A stretch of 64,000 nt of DNA from Polyangiaceae bacterium (GTDB lineage: Bacteria; Myxococcota_A; Polyangia; Polyangiales; Polyangiaceae), in NCBI GenBank assembly GCA_044222475.1, contig JBGANF010000014.1, positions 33,188 through 97,187 of the forward strand, given 5' to 3'. Shown piece by piece: positions 20,418 to 30,706 of the stretch (position 1 is its first letter; each line of letters begins with the position of its first letter). The notes below the pieces were generated by a model, which did no database searches, was not told the DNA's origin, and saw nothing but the letters and a program-made list of their open reading frames with translations. Made by a program: the position numbers and the translations under genes.

Positions 20418-20475
20418 GTCGGCAGTCTGCGCCGGATCGCGCGGGCGATCAAATCAGCAGCAGCGGCGGCGAGGC

Positions 20476-20859
20476 TTACTTCGCGGACTGCGACGAGGAC
20501 GCCTGGTGCATCCAGGGGCTCGGGTCGGGATCGGTTCCGCCGGGGCCTTCGACCCACGGGCTCGGATCCGGATCGCGCGGGTTACCGTCTTCGACCTGGC
20601 CGGGATCGACCGGGTTCGAGGCCGGCATCTGCGGCTTCGTGCGGTGCTGATCGACGTTCAGCGCGGGCAGCGGAGCGGAGACCTGCTGCCCTTCGTCGAC
20701 GACGAGGGTTGCCGGCGTCGTGAGCTGCGCGGACTGCGCCGTCGTGTCGTCGGGCGTGCCCGTTCCGACCTGCGCCGTGCAACCGGCGAGGGCACCCACC
20801 GAAAGGATCGGCAGGAGAAGGAACGCGAACCGCAAACGCTTGAACATGCTCGTCCTCAT
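20476..20859 (-). CDS. Small lipoprotein with two DPDPSPW repeats
   Basis: 127-aa ORF filling the gap between activator and kinase; LAGC lipobox; DPDPSPW at 20554-20574 and 20512-20532. Confidence 0.75.
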   Translation of the reverse strand: MRTSMFKRLRFAFLLLPILSVGALAGCTAQVGTGTPDDTTAQSAQLTTPATLVVDEGQQVSAPLPALNVDQHRTKPQMPASNPVDPGQVEDGNPRDPDPSPWVEGPGGTDPDPSPWMHQASSSQSAK

Positions 20860-20863
20860 GACC

Positions 20864-23800
20864 TTATGACTCCGACGAAATCACGGCAAGTCCGTATTGT
20901 TTTACGAGCTGCGAAAGCCGCGGCCGCTTCATGCCGAGTAGATTCGCTGCTTTTGTAATGTTTCCGCGGGTTTCCGCGAGTGCCCGTGCGATGCAGTCCC
21001 GCTCGATCTGCCGTTTCAGGTCAGAAAGCGACACGGTGCCCTGCCGAACGCAGGCATAGGCGACCGCGGTGGGGCCGGCTTCGCCCGGGGGGAGGGGGGC
21101 GTCCTCGTCGGTCTCCGCGTCGGGGACCTCGTCGACTTCGACCTCGGACACTCGAGCCGACGACAGCGGGAGCACCGCGACGCTCGCGCGCGACGTGCGC
21201 GGCTCGGTCGCGAGGCCGCGGAGGTCTTCGACGTTGTCGACGAGATCCTGCTGGCTGATCGTGGAGCCCTCGGCGAAGAGCGAAGCGGCGCGGAGCGCGT
21301 TCTCGAGCTCGCGGATGTTGCCGGCCCAGCGGTGACGCTGGAGGAGCTCGATCGCCTCGGGTGCGAGCGCCTTCATCCCCTCGCCGCGCTCTGCGGCGAT
21401 GCGACCGAGGAGGTTCTCGGCGATGCGCGGCACGTCGCCGATGCGGTTGCGCAGCGCCGGCACCTCGAGGGTGATGCCGCGGAGGCGGTAGTAGAGGTCT
21501 TCGCGGAACTCGCCGCGCTCGACCATCGCCTTGAGATCGCGGTGGGTGGCGCAGATGATTCGGCAGTTGGCGCGGATGGGCGTCGTCCCGCCGACGCGCT
21601 CGTAGGTGCGCTCTTGCAGGACGCGAAGCAGCGCGACCTGGGTCCGCGGAGAGATGTCACCGATCTCGTCGAGGAAGAGCGTGCCGCCCTCGGCGAGCTC
21701 GAAGCGACCGCGGCGGCGCGCCGACGCGCCGGTGAACGCGCCCTTCTCGTGACCGAAGAGCTCGCTGAGGAGGAGCGTCTCGACGAGAGCTGCGCAGTTG
21801 ACGGCGACGAACGGACCGGCAGCCCGCTCGCTCGCGCGGTGGAGTCCTTCGGCGACGAGCTCCTTGCCGGTGCCGCTCTCGCCGCGGATGAGGACGGTGC
21901 CGTCGCTCTTGCCGACCTTGCGGATCGCAGCGATGAGACCGCGGATGGCGGGGTCGTCGCCGACGATCTCGCGGACGTAGGTGGCGGCGCGGGGCGACCG
22001 CTGCGTCGACGGGGACGCGTCGCCGTCTTGCGCGTTGGCGCTCGCGGCCATCGTCGTGAGCGTCGAGCCGAGCTCGGCGACGAGTGCGTCGAGGCGAGCG
22101 AAGCCGGGGCGCGCGAGGTAGGAGGCGCGCACCTCGCCTCCGAGCGTGTCGCTCACGGTCTCGCGGAGCGAGATGGCCTGCTGGGCGTGGGCGCGAGCGC
22201 GCTCGACCTGGTCGGCGCGGTAGTGGTCGTGGGCGAGGAGGTGAGCTTCGATGAGCGTCTCTTCTTCGCCGGCGGTGCGCGCGAGGTGGAGCGCGTGGTC
22301 GAGGATCGCGTCGGTGAGCGTGCCCTCGGCGCGGGCGCAGATCGCGGTGAGGACGGCGACCTCGGCGTGTGCGGGATCCTTCGAAGCGAGCTGACGCGCA
22401 GCGCTGACCGCGGCGAGAGCGCGCGGGACGTCGCCGTCGTCGAGGGCGATGCGGGCGGCGATGCGGTACGCCTCGCCGACGTAGTCACTGCAGTCGGGCG
22501 CGCCGTGCGACGCGATCGCGTGCGAGACCTCGCGCTGCGCGTCGGTCACGCGGCCACGGGCGAGCGCGACGCGCGCCGCGACGACGGCGAAGTGCGCCGA
22601 TCGACGAGGCGGCATGCCGGGCCCGAGGAGGCGGCGACCGAAGGCCACTCCGTGCTCCGCGTGAGCGAGCAGGCCGAGCTTGGCGCGGAGCTCGGCGATG
22701 TTGGCGATGTTGAGCGCGGTGGTCAGGCGGTGGCCGAGGCGCAGCCGAAGCTTGAGCGTGCGCTCGTAGAGCTCGAGCGCGAGGCCGTACTCGTGGCGCC
22801 ACATCGCGGTGACCGCGAGGTTGTCGAGGGCGAACGCGCAGGCGCGCGCGTCGTTCAGGCGCTCGCCTTCGTCGAGCACCATCTGGAAGACGCTCTGCGC
22901 TTCTTCGACCTTGCCGCGCGAGAGGACGGCGATGCCGCGGTTGACGTGGGCGCGCAGCTCGTCGGTGCGAGCGCCGGCCGCGGCGGCGACGGCGCCGTCC
23001 TCGGTGAAGTGGCGCTCGGCGTCGTCCCATCGGGACGCCGCGAGGAGGAGCTTGCCGAGCGTGTTGCGCGCGCGGAGGCGGGTACGGACGCGCGACGCGG
23101 CGAGGGCGCGATTCGCCTCGACCTCGGCCGTCTCGTAGTCGCCGCTGAGGTAGCCGACCTCGGCGAGCTCGGCGGCGATACGGCAACGCTCGTCTTCGTC
23201 GCTCGATGCTTCCAGGCCACGCTCGAGCGCGACCTTGGCCGCGACGAGATCGCCCATGGCGACGGCGGCGCGACCGAGGAGGAGCAACCCGCCTTCGCCC
23301 GATGCTGCGCGCTTCGCCCAACGGTACGCCTCGTCCGCTTCGCCGGCGGCGAGCGCTCGCTCGGAGGCGGAGCGCGCGAGCGCGAGGCGAACGTCGCTCG
23401 AGAGCGACGGCGCATCGACCGCGGACATCCAGCACGAGGCGATCTCGCGGCGGGCGAGGCTCTCGTCGGCGCGCTCGAGGGCGCGTCCGCACAGCTCGTC
23501 CGCGCGCTTCGCATCACCGCTCTGCAGCGAGAGCTCGGCCGCGCGCGCGAGCGCCCAAGGATCGTCGGCGAAGGTCGTCGCGAGGGTTTCGGCGATGCGC
23601 GAGAGGAGCCGCGCCGGCGCTTGCTCGTCGGGCTGGCCGACCTGGTCGTGCTCGGGTGCGAGGGTCACGAAGCCGCGCTCGACGACGGCACCGCCCGACG
23701 CGACGAGCGCGTCGACGTCTCCGAGCTCGACGAGGGCCGAGACCGGGAGCGAACGGCCCGCGAGGAGGAGCGCGGTCGCAACCGGGCGGGCGCTCTCGGG

Positions 23801-24475
23801 GATGTCGACGACGTGGGTCCGCGGCGCGGCGACGCGCGCCGAGGCCCACCACGCCTCGAGGCTGGTGAGATCGTCGTAGGGAAGCGTGCGTGCTGCGTCG
23901 AGGCGAACGCCTTCGAGCCAGCGCTCGCGGTCTTCGCTTCCGAGCTGCGGTGCGATCTCGTACGTCTCGGCGTGGAGGTCTTCGGCCGCCGTCTCGAGGT
24001 CGGTCACGAAGACGATGAGCGGCAGCGACTCGAGCTGGGCGAGCTCGGCCGCGACGGCGCGATCCCACGTCCCTTCCGCCGGGAGCGGTGCGACGATGAT
24101 GGCGCGACGCGCGAGCGCGGCGCTGGCGATCTGGGCGGCGCACGAGAGCGGTGCGCAGTCGAGCTTGGCGATCGAGAGGCGCTGCGCGATCTCGCGCCAG
24201 AGCGGCGCGTGGCGATGGCCGCGCGCGCGGAGGACCGGCGTTCCGTGAGCCGACGCGCGGCGCGCGAGGTGCGCGAGCAGAGGCGCCGAGGCCGACGAAT
24301 CGATCGATCGCGCGACGAGGATCGCTCCCGTTTCACGTGCACTCTGCACACGTTCGTCGAGGGCGGCGAAGCCGCGCGCGGCGGGTGCAAGTGAGGGCGC
24401 CGGGATGGACGGCGCAAGGGCAAGGGGTTGAGCGCTCAAGACCAAAAAGACTAGCCCCGCCTCATGGACGAGCAA
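20864..24475 (-). CDS. Sigma54-dependent enhancer-binding protein with long TPR region
   Basis: [37 protein letters not shown] and [10 protein letters not shown] motifs; Fis-type HTH; TPR-like helical repeats upstream. Start uncertain. Confidence 0.92.
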   Translation of the reverse strand: MLVHEAGLVFLVLSAQPLALAPSIPAPSLAPAARGFAALDERVQSARETGAILVARSIDSSASAPLLAHLARRASAHGTPVLRARGHRHAPLWREIAQRLSIAKLDCAPLSCAAQIASAALARRAIIVAPLPAEGTWDRAVAAELAQLESLPLIVFVTDLETAAEDLHAETYEIAPQLGSEDRERWLEGVRLDAARTLPYDDLTSLEAWWASARVAAPRTHVVDIPESARPVATALLLAGRSLPVSALVELGDVDALVASGGAVVERGFVTLAPEHDQVGQPDEQAPARLLSRIAETLATTFADDPWALARAAELSLQSGDAKRADELCGRALERADESLARREIASCWMSAVDAPSLSSDVRLALARSASERALAAGEADEAYRWAKRAASGEGGLLLLGRAAVAMGDLVAAKVALERGLEASSDEDERCRIAAELAEVGYLSGDYETAEVEANRALAASRVRTRLRARNTLGKLLLAASRWDDAERHFTEDGAVAAAAGARTDELRAHVNRGIAVLSRGKVEEAQSVFQMVLDEGERLNDARACAFALDNLAVTAMWRHEYGLALELYERTLKLRLRLGHRLTTALNIANIAELRAKLGLLAHAEHGVAFGRRLLGPGMPPRRSAHFAVVAARVALARGRVTDAQREVSHAIASHGAPDCSDYVGEAYRIAARIALDDGDVPRALAAVSAARQLASKDPAHAEVAVLTAICARAEGTLTDAILDHALHLARTAGEEETLIEAHLLAHDHYRADQVERARAHAQQAISLRETVSDTLGGEVRASYLARPGFARLDALVAELGSTLTTMAASANAQDGDASPSTQRSPRAATYVREIVGDDPAIRGLIAAIRKVGKSDGTVLIRGESGTGKELVAEGLHRASERAAGPFVAVNCAALVETLLLSELFGHEKGAFTGASARRRGRFELAEGGTLFLDEIGDISPRTQVALLRVLQERTYERVGGTTPIRANCRIICATHRDLKAMVERGEFREDLYYRLRGITLEVPALRNRIGDVPRIAENLLGRIAAERGEGMKALAPEAIELLQRHRWAGNIRELENALRAASLFAEGSTISQQDLVDNVEDLRGLATEPRTSRASVAVLPLSSARVSEVEVDEVPDAETDEDAPLPPGEAGPTAVAYACVRQGTVSLSDLKRQIERDCIARALAETRGNITKAANLLGMKRPRLSQLVKQYGLAVISSES

Positions 24476-24516
24476 GGGTCAAGGCGCACAAACCCTCACC
24501 GTAGGCGCGGGAAATT

Positions 24517-25338
24517 CTAGCTGCGGTGTACGAATTCCAACCAGGTCGCAATCCCGTCGAAAGCGTCCTTGGGAGCCTCCCCGATCTCGCGGGCGAGGGG
24601 CAGTTGAGCCCGCACCGTGGCGAGGAAGATCGGGACGGCCTCGGGTACCCGCGTGGCCAGGAGATCGCGGGCGCGGGCGATCGCCGCGCGGTCGCCGCGG
24701 CGAACCGGACCGGTGAGCGCGTGAGGGAAGCCGAGGTGCTCGACGTTCTCCGCGACGCTGCGGAGGAGCGGACCGAGGAGCTTCGGCGCGTCCCTTTTTG
24801 GTACACCCGCGGCGACGAGCACGTCGCGACCGATCGCGGCGAGGGCGGCGGACCCGTTGGCGACGAGCCCGGCGGCGGCGTGGTACCCGATCGCGTCGAG
24901 CTTGGGGAACGTGCGCGGCGTCATGCCGAGCGCCTTCGCGAGTGACCGCGCGCGGCGCACCGCGATCGCGTCGCCCTGGACGTGGACGTTGCCGCCGGCG
25001 AGGGTGGGGACGAACTCGGTGGACGCGAACGAGATCATCGGGTGCATCTGCGCGACCGAGACGCCGAGAGCGCGCAGCGGCGCGAGCGGCTCCGCGCCGA
25101 GCGCGCCCGCGCAGTGCACGACGGTCGTCCCGCGTGCGCGCAGCTTTCGGTCCGCGAGGGTGCGCACGGCCTCGGGGAGATCGCGATCGCGCACCGCGAG
25201 GACGATGACGTCGGCGTCGACCCGCGCGGGCCAACCGCGCCGCGCCGGGCGGAGCGTCACCGCGAGCCGGGCCTTCTTCCACCCCTTGGCGAGCGCGCGT
25301 CCGACTTTCCCAGCGCCGAAGACGAAGATCGATTTCAT
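24517..25338 (-). CDS. Rossmann-like / DUF2520 oxidoreductase
   Basis: GAGKVG, VHCAGA, MHPMISF, YHAAA and LTGPVRRGD motifs. Confidence 0.85.
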   Translation of the reverse strand: MKSIFVFGAGKVGRALAKGWKKARLAVTLRPARRGWPARVDADVIVLAVRDRDLPEAVRTLADRKLRARGTTVVHCAGALGAEPLAPLRALGVSVAQMHPMISFASTEFVPTLAGGNVHVQGDAIAVRRARSLAKALGMTPRTFPKLDAIGYHAAAGLVANGSAALAAIGRDVLVAAGVPKRDAPKLLGPLLRSVAENVEHLGFPHALTGPVRRGDRAAIARARDLLATRVPEAVPIFLATVRAQLPLAREIGEAPKDAFDGIATWLEFVHRS

Positions 25339-25886
25339 CGGTAGAGGCCCCGCTCGCGGATCCGGGTGAGCACCGCGCGTGGGACGAGGTTCCGGATCTC
25401 GTCGAAGCGGCCCTCGGCGATGCACTGGCGTACGTGCGTCGACGAGATCTCGGGGAGGAGCGGCCTGGGGGCACCGGCCGCGTCGACGCCAGCCCGGCCG
25501 AGCACGATCGGTGGCGCGATCCGCTGCACCTCGTCGAAGCGGTACCACTTGTGGGCTTCGAGGAGGATGTCGGCGCCGAGGACGAGTCGCATCGACCAGT
25601 CCGGGTGCGCGGCGCGGAGGTGCTCGAGCGTGCGCAGCGTGCGGCTGTCGCCGGCGAGCTCTTCTTCGACGCGCGACACCGAGACGCCGGGGATCCACTC
25701 CATCGCGAGGCGGCAGAGCTCGACGCGATCGTCGAACGGCGCGAGCGGCTTGGCGAACGGGTGCTGGTACGTCGGGACGACGAGGACCTCGTCGACGTCC
25801 TCCGTCGAGCGCACGGCCGTGACGGCGAGGACGTGGGCGAGGTGGGGCGGGTTGAAGCTCCCGCCGAAGATCGCGACGGTCTTCAT
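25335..25886 (-). CDS. nadD: Nicotinate-nucleotide adenylyltransferase
   Basis: FGGSFNPPHLAH, LGAD and ISSTHVR motifs. Confidence 0.93.
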   Translation of the reverse strand: MKTVAIFGGSFNPPHLAHVLAVTAVRSTEDVDEVLVVPTYQHPFAKPLAPFDDRVELCRLAMEWIPGVSVSRVEEELAGDSRTLRTLEHLRAAHPDWSMRLVLGADILLEAHKWYRFDEVQRIAPPIVLGRAGVDAAGAPRPLLPEISSTHVRQCIAEGRFDEIRNLVPRAVLTRIRERGLYR

Positions 25887-26482
25887 GGCGAGCCGAACCT
25901 CGCGGTCTCGGGGAAGAGGATCATGCCGCGCAGGACCTCGCGCTGCTCGAGGTCGAACACGACGAGGGTGATGTCCTCGCCGGTCTCCAACATGGCGATG
26001 CCGGCGCCGTGACCGAGCCGCCCCGGCGAGAGGTGGTAGCGGCCGTCGCGCTCCTCGAAGCTGGCCTCGTCGCCGTCGCCGGTGACGACGACGAGCGCGT
26101 GAGCGAGATCGTCGTCGTCGATGACGGCGCCTTCGCTCGCCATCACCATGGCGACGTCGCCGATCGACTCGAAGCTTCGCGGGTTGTCTTCGGGAAGGCT
26201 GACGAGCGCGCGGAGTCGCATCCGTTGGCGCTCCGTGGCGACGAACTCGTCGAGCTCGTGCGCTTTGCCCGAGATCGCCACGGCGGCGGCTCGGCTCCAC
26301 GCGCCCTCGTCGGTCGGGTCGTCGCCCACGAGGCGGTGGGCCCAGCGGACGACGCACTCGTCGAGGGCCCCGTCGTCGCCGAGGTAGACGACCCGGGCGA
26401 CGTTCTGATCGAGGAGGAACGTCGCCGCGCGCTCGAGGACGTCGAGATCTCCGTCCGAGGGGCCGAGAAAGCCGATGCGCAC
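25883..26482 (-). CDS. Hypothetical protein, degenerate metallophosphoesterase-like fold
   Basis: RIGFLG...VVYLGDD...LSPG pattern; stop overlaps nadD start. Confidence 0.55.
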   Translation of the reverse strand: MRIGFLGPSDGDLDVLERAATFLLDQNVARVVYLGDDGALDECVVRWAHRLVGDDPTDEGAWSRAAAVAISGKAHELDEFVATERQRMRLRALVSLPEDNPRSFESIGDVAMVMASEGAVIDDDDLAHALVVVTGDGDEASFEERDGRYHLSPGRLGHGAGIAMLETGEDITLVVFDLEQREVLRGMILFPETARFGSP

Positions 26483-26513
26483 CGCGAGGAGAGTACCAGA
26501 CCTCCTCGCACGC

Positions 26514-26607
26514 GTTGACGTTGACGTTGACGTTGACGTTGACGTTGACGTTGACCTGGACGGCGACGGCGACGACCCCGCGCACCCCCCGTCGCCGTCG
26601 CCGTCGC
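26514..26607. repeat. Left part of inverted hexamer element: (GTTGAC)7 CTGGAC (GGCGAC)2, loop, (GTCGCC)n
   Basis: Read directly from the sequence. Confidence 0.95.
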
Positions 26608-27921
26608 TGAGCAACCCGGAACATAGGTGACGTTTTAGACCGGGCACATGGGTGACACTTTTTCCGATCCGCATATCAACCGTAGATCAAAGCGAATTTC
26701 GCAGCCTCGAGCGTGAGCAGCGACTTGGTGCTCAGGTCGCACACGCCAAGATCAATCCCCGCGTAGGAGACGAGCCAGCGGCGATCGTCGAGCTCGCGAA
26801 GGCCGACGTGGAGCCCAGCAAGGGCCGAACTGAGAAAGATGTTGGCGCGCGTCTTCGGTCCACCTCCGAAGTAGATGTGACCGCTCGACCTGACGACACG
26901 AACTTCGTCATGCAGCGGGTAAGTCGGTCGCTTGGCGACATAGGCGCGCGTTGAGGGCTGGTAGTGCCTCGCTGGCGGAGTCTGCTCGAGTGCTTCGTGC
27001 GGCCGCTGCTGGTTGTAGATCTCTCCGAACCGGTCGAACCGTTCCTGTTGCGCCAGCATCGACTTCGCCGCTGGACGCGTTGTTTCCGCCTTGAGCGTGC
27101 GGTGCATGCGCTCGTGACGACCGTTCTGCTCAGGATGACCGGGCTCGATTCGCTCGTGTTTGACCCCAAGAGCGAGCCAGCGAGCCGAGAGCTTCGAGAT
27201 GCCACAAAGGCCGCGCGACGCGAACGGACTGCCGTTGTCACTGCGAATGGCGAGAGGCACGCCGTAGCGGCGAAATGCTTGCTCTAGCTGAACCCAGACG
27301 AGCTCCCCGTCGATCCGGTCCATGCCTTCACACACGAGCAGAAAGCGGTTGTGCGCGTCGGTGACGGTGAGCGGATAGCAGTAGTTGCCGTTGCTCATCT
27401 TGAACTGACCCTTGAAGTCGATGCACCAAAGGTCGTTCGCCTGCGTCGGGGTGGAGAGCGCGTCGATGGATGCATCAACTCTCCGGCGACGCCTTCTGCG
27501 GCTGCAGCAGCCCCCGGCTTCCTGAGCAGCTCGCCGATCGTGCTCGCTGCGGGGCACCGAATCTTCTCGTGCTCAAGCAACCACACGCGCAACTTTCCGT
27601 GGGCCCCAAGTCGGGTGCTTCGTCCGCAGCGCCACCACGCGGTCGACGACCTCTGCGCTCGTACGGTGCGGATGTGCGCAGGAGCACTCTTGACGTCGTA
27701 CAGGCCGACGACGCTCTGCTCCGTGTATCTCGCAAGTATCTTGTAGCCGGTCTTGCGGCTGATCCCGAACTCACGACACAGGTCGGTCATTCGTTCTCTC
27801 CAGGCGAACCACAAACAGCATTCTCTCGTGCACGTGACAGGTCTCTTTCCAGGGCATCGCCCCGCACAGGTGTCACCTATGTGCCCGGTCTGTCTTGTTA
27901 CCTAGGTACCCGGTCTGAACC
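26608..27921 (-). mobile_element. IS481-family insertion sequence, degenerate
   Basis: Imperfect terminal IRs (TGAGCAACCCGGAACATAGGTGAC / GTTACCTAGGTACCCGGTCTGAACC); internal repeats of TGTCACCYATGTGCCCGGTC; CGCCGTCGC on both flanks; lower GC. Confidence 0.88.
26676..27857 (-). pseudogene. IS481 transposase, frameshifted in N-terminal half
   Basis: MPWKET...LCREFGISRKTGYK, HPTWGPRK and WCIDFKG/IRSDNGSPF/QNGRHERMHRTLK segments lie in different frames. Confidence 0.85.
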
Positions 27922-27973
27922 CGCCGTCGCCGTCAACGATCACGATCACGTCAACGTCAACGTGAACGTCGAC
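27922..27973. repeat. Right arm of inverted hexamer element (GTCGCC GTCAAC GATCAC GATCAC GTCAAC GTCAAC GTGAAC GTCGAC)
   Basis: Approximate reverse complement of the (GTTGAC)7 arm. Confidence 0.9.
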
Positions 27974-28029
27974 GAAGGGGCAACCGATGCTCTCTTGCCG
28001 CCCGTCGCTTGGAGCGCTAGCCATGGTGC

Positions 28030-29298
28030 GTGGCTCGCCGGGACGAACGATCGCTCAAGAACCCGGTTCCGATCACCTTCGACGGCGAGGAGATCCTCGC
28101 CGAGCAGGGCGAGCCGATCGCCGCGACGCTGATCGCCGCCGGTCACGTGGCGCTCGCGCGCAGCCCCAAGTTCCATCGCCCGCGCGGGCCCGCGTGCATG
28201 CGGGCGGCATGCGATGGTTGCCTCGCGCGCGTCGACGGCGTGCCCAACGTGATGACGTGCCTCGCCCCGGCCGAGAAAGGCACGCGCGTCGAGTCGCAGA
28301 ACACGCTCGGTCCGCGCGACCTCGATCTGTTGCGCATGACGGATTGGTTCTTCCCGAAGGGCATGAACCACCACGAGCTCTTCGCCGGCGTTCCGGGCGT
28401 GCAGCGCGTGATGCAGGTGTTCGCGCGGCGCGTCGCGGGGTTGGGGAAGCTCCCTGGAGATGCGGCGCCGCCGCGTCCGGCGGAGCGGACCCGCGACGAC
28501 GTGCTGGTGGTGGGGTCCGGTCCCGGCGGGATGGCGGTCGCATCGGCGTTCGCGGCGCGGGGGCGGAAGGTGCGCGTGATCGACGACGCGCTCGAGTGGG
28601 GAGGGGGCGCGCGCGCGCTGCCGCGTGCGGCGTTCGAGACGATCGCGACGCCGTTCGCCGAGCTCGTCGCGGATGGCGCCGTGCGCTTCGATGCGCGCAC
28701 GACGGCGTGTGCCGTCTATGGGGACGACGTGCTCGTGGTCGGTCCCGAAGGCGCCGAGGTCGCGAGCGCGAAGACGCTGGTGCTCGCTGCCGGGGCGCAC
28801 GACGGCGTGCTCGCGTTCGACGGCAACGACGTGCCCGGCGTGATGAGCGCGCGCGCGGCGGGTTTCCTCGCGCAGCGATCGATCGTGCCGGGCAAGCGCG
28901 TCGTCGTGTGTCGCGCGCCGGGAAGCGACGGAGTGTTCGGCGAAGCGTTCGCGCGGACGGTGCGCGACCGCGGGCTCGACTGCGAGGTGACGGTGCTCGA
29001 AGGCGAGCCGGTCGTCGCGCGGGGGACATCGCGGGTGAAGGAGGTCTCGGTGCGCGAGGGGGCGACGGTGCGCGCGCTGTCGGCGGACGCGTTTCTGGTC
29101 GATGCGCCGCGAGCGCCGGCGTACGAGCTGGCGGAGCAGGCCGGTGCGGTCATCGCGTTCGCCGATGGGGCGTTTCGGATCACGGCGCCGAAGGGGAAGA
29201 TCCGAGACGGAGTGCTCGTCGCGGGGGAGCTCGCCGGGGTCGCGTTCGACGCGAGGGCGCTGAAGGCGCAGGCGGACCGAGTTGCGGACTCCGCCTAG
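28030..29298 (+). CDS. 2Fe-2S / FAD oxidoreductase, sarcosine oxidase alpha-subunit-like
   Basis: RSPKFHRPRGPACMRAACDGC...MTC; VVGSGPGG; GNDVPGV. Confidence 0.85.
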   Translation: MARRDERSLKNPVPITFDGEEILAEQGEPIAATLIAAGHVALARSPKFHRPRGPACMRAACDGCLARVDGVPNVMTCLAPAEKGTRVESQNTLGPRDLDLLRMTDWFFPKGMNHHELFAGVPGVQRVMQVFARRVAGLGKLPGDAAPPRPAERTRDDVLVVGSGPGGMAVASAFAARGRKVRVIDDALEWGGGARALPRAAFETIATPFAELVADGAVRFDARTTACAVYGDDVLVVGPEGAEVASAKTLVLAAGAHDGVLAFDGNDVPGVMSARAAGFLAQRSIVPGKRVVVCRAPGSDGVFGEAFARTVRDRGLDCEVTVLEGEPVVARGTSRVKEVSVREGATVRALSADAFLVDAPRAPAYELAEQAGAVIAFADGAFRITAPKGKIRDGVLVAGELAGVAFDARALKAQADRVADSA

Positions 29299-29305
29299 GT
29301 TGCCA

Positions 29306-29716
29306 CTATTGGAAAAGGATCGCGCAACCTCGACTCGCTGCGAGGTTTGCGAGTGCTCGTAGCCGGACCACGAGAGGTTCGCCGTCGACGTCGAAAAAGG
29401 TCTCGAGGAGGTTCTTCGGCGCGATCCCGACCAGCTTCGCGACGTCTTTCTGCCATCCTGCCAACGCGATCGGTGGCAGGCGCGCGAGTCCGTCGGAAAT
29501 GGCGTCGAGCTCCTGAATCAGTGCTCCACACTGTTCCGGTGACCACTCGCCATCGCAATCGGAGTGGAGGACGAGGATTGGAAATCGAGCTCCGCGCTGA
29601 CGGTCTTCGAGGTTCTCCACGATGGCGTCGATGAAACGGCCGTAGTCGGCGTAGCTCCCGACCTCGACCCCATCGAGCTCTTCGTCGCCGTCGAACACCG
29701 CGAGGTAGAGGCCCAC
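29306..29716 (-). CDS. Imm70-like immunity protein
   Basis: GVEVGSYADY, LE...GARFPIL and ELDAI...LARLPP resemble Imm70 (recognition only). Confidence 0.6.
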   Translation of the reverse strand: MGLYLAVFDGDEELDGVEVGSYADYGRFIDAIVENLEDRQRGARFPILVLHSDCDGEWSPEQCGALIQELDAISDGLARLPPIALAGWQKDVAKLVGIAPKNLLETFFDVDGEPLVVRLRALANLAASRGCAILFQ

Positions 29717-29967
29717 TAGAGCACCTCCCGCCTGAAGACGTCCCGGAATTGGTGGACGAGAAGTCTGAGAGACGGATGATAGGTGCAGCCCTTGGGCACC
29801 ATCAGCACGAGGACACGCCCCTCCTGGCGCGCCCGCAACGCGAGCAGTCGAACTTGGTACGTCGCGCGCAACGAGCGAACCTCCTTGATGAGGTAGATCT
29901 TGTTGCCCTTCTCGGCATCGGCCCGTGCGCCACGGGGAACCTGGTGGGGGGTGTATCGGAGTTGCAT
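29716..29967 (-). CDS. Small basic protein resembling a restriction-endonuclease-fold toxin tip
   Basis: 83 aa RADAE...LIKEVRSLRATYQVR...A...G..LVL; stop overlaps start of the Imm70-like gene. Confidence 0.45.
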   Translation of the reverse strand: MQLRYTPHQVPRGARADAEKGNKIYLIKEVRSLRATYQVRLLALRARQEGRVLVLMVPKGCTYHPSLRLLVHQFRDVFRREVL

Positions 29968-29969
29968 GT

Positions 29970-30644
29970 CTAGGCGAACGGATTCTCGACGAGACCCGCT
30001 CGACGGAACCCGGCTCTCAGGAGCCAGGTCGAAGGTTCGTCCACCGGCGGCGGGCCCGTTCCCGGCGACCACCTCGGGACGCGCACCGCGTGGCCGAAGT
30101 GCGCGAACGTCCGCGCCGAGGAGAATGGGTCGAGAAGCGCACGATCCGGCGCGCTCACGTGGTGCGCGTGGTTGAAGAGCACGTACGCGATGGCGTGCCG
30201 CACCTCGGACGGGGTCGTCAGCGCGCGCGCGTGATAGCGCTGGCCGAGCACCGTGCCACGCTTGCGGCGCATGACGTCGCGGTTGATGCGCCGCGCGAGC
30301 CGAATCGAGAAACCCTGCATGCGGCGCGCGAGAACGACGCGATCGTCGGCTTCGACCACGAGGTGCACGTGATTTCCTTGCACCGAGTAGTGAACGACGC
30401 GCAGCTCGCCGCGACGCGCCTCTTCGCGCAGGGCATGCTCGACGCAACGGAAACCGCGCTGGCTCCGCAGATTCGGCGTCGTGCGCGCCATGCGCAGCGT
30501 GACGTGTACCGGGCTGCGACCCCCGTCGAACACCGGACGGGCGCGGTGGGAGATCGAGCCCTCCTTCCGCGGACGGCCGACCCCACGGCGACCTTTCGGC
30601 CGCGGCTCGTCGAACGCGAGCGAGAGCTGACGCGAGCGCTTCAT
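29970..30644 (-). CDS. HUH Y1 transposase (IS200/RAYT-like)
   Basis: PVHVTLR, VQGNHVHLVVEA (HUH), RYHAR and AYVLFN (catalytic Tyr); AT-rich patch upstream. Confidence 0.85.
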   Translation of the reverse strand: MKRSRQLSLAFDEPRPKGRRGVGRPRKEGSISHRARPVFDGGRSPVHVTLRMARTTPNLRSQRGFRCVEHALREEARRGELRVVHYSVQGNHVHLVVEADDRVVLARRMQGFSIRLARRINRDVMRRKRGTVLGQRYHARALTTPSEVRHAIAYVLFNHAHHVSAPDRALLDPFSSARTFAHFGHAVRVPRWSPGTGPPPVDEPSTWLLRAGFRRAGLVENPFA

Positions 30645-30706
30645 GAATTATGGCATATATTAACGACGGAATGGCGCCGACGCAAGGCGCCTCGCACGCT
30701 TTTGGA

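Noticed and set aside
20476..20859. RiPP precursor
   Set aside because: No radical SAM, YcaO, P450 or similar maturase is adjacent, and the lipobox favours an exported signal or surface protein. Not fully excluded.
25887..26674. NadD extension containing VNVNVN and the MRIGKSVTHVPG extension
   Set aside because: These are translations of the hexamer repeat and the IS end, not coding sequence.
26676..27857. Programmed frameshifting in the transposase
   Set aside because: Several separate frame changes and a damaged terminal dinucleotide fit decay (or sequencing error) better.
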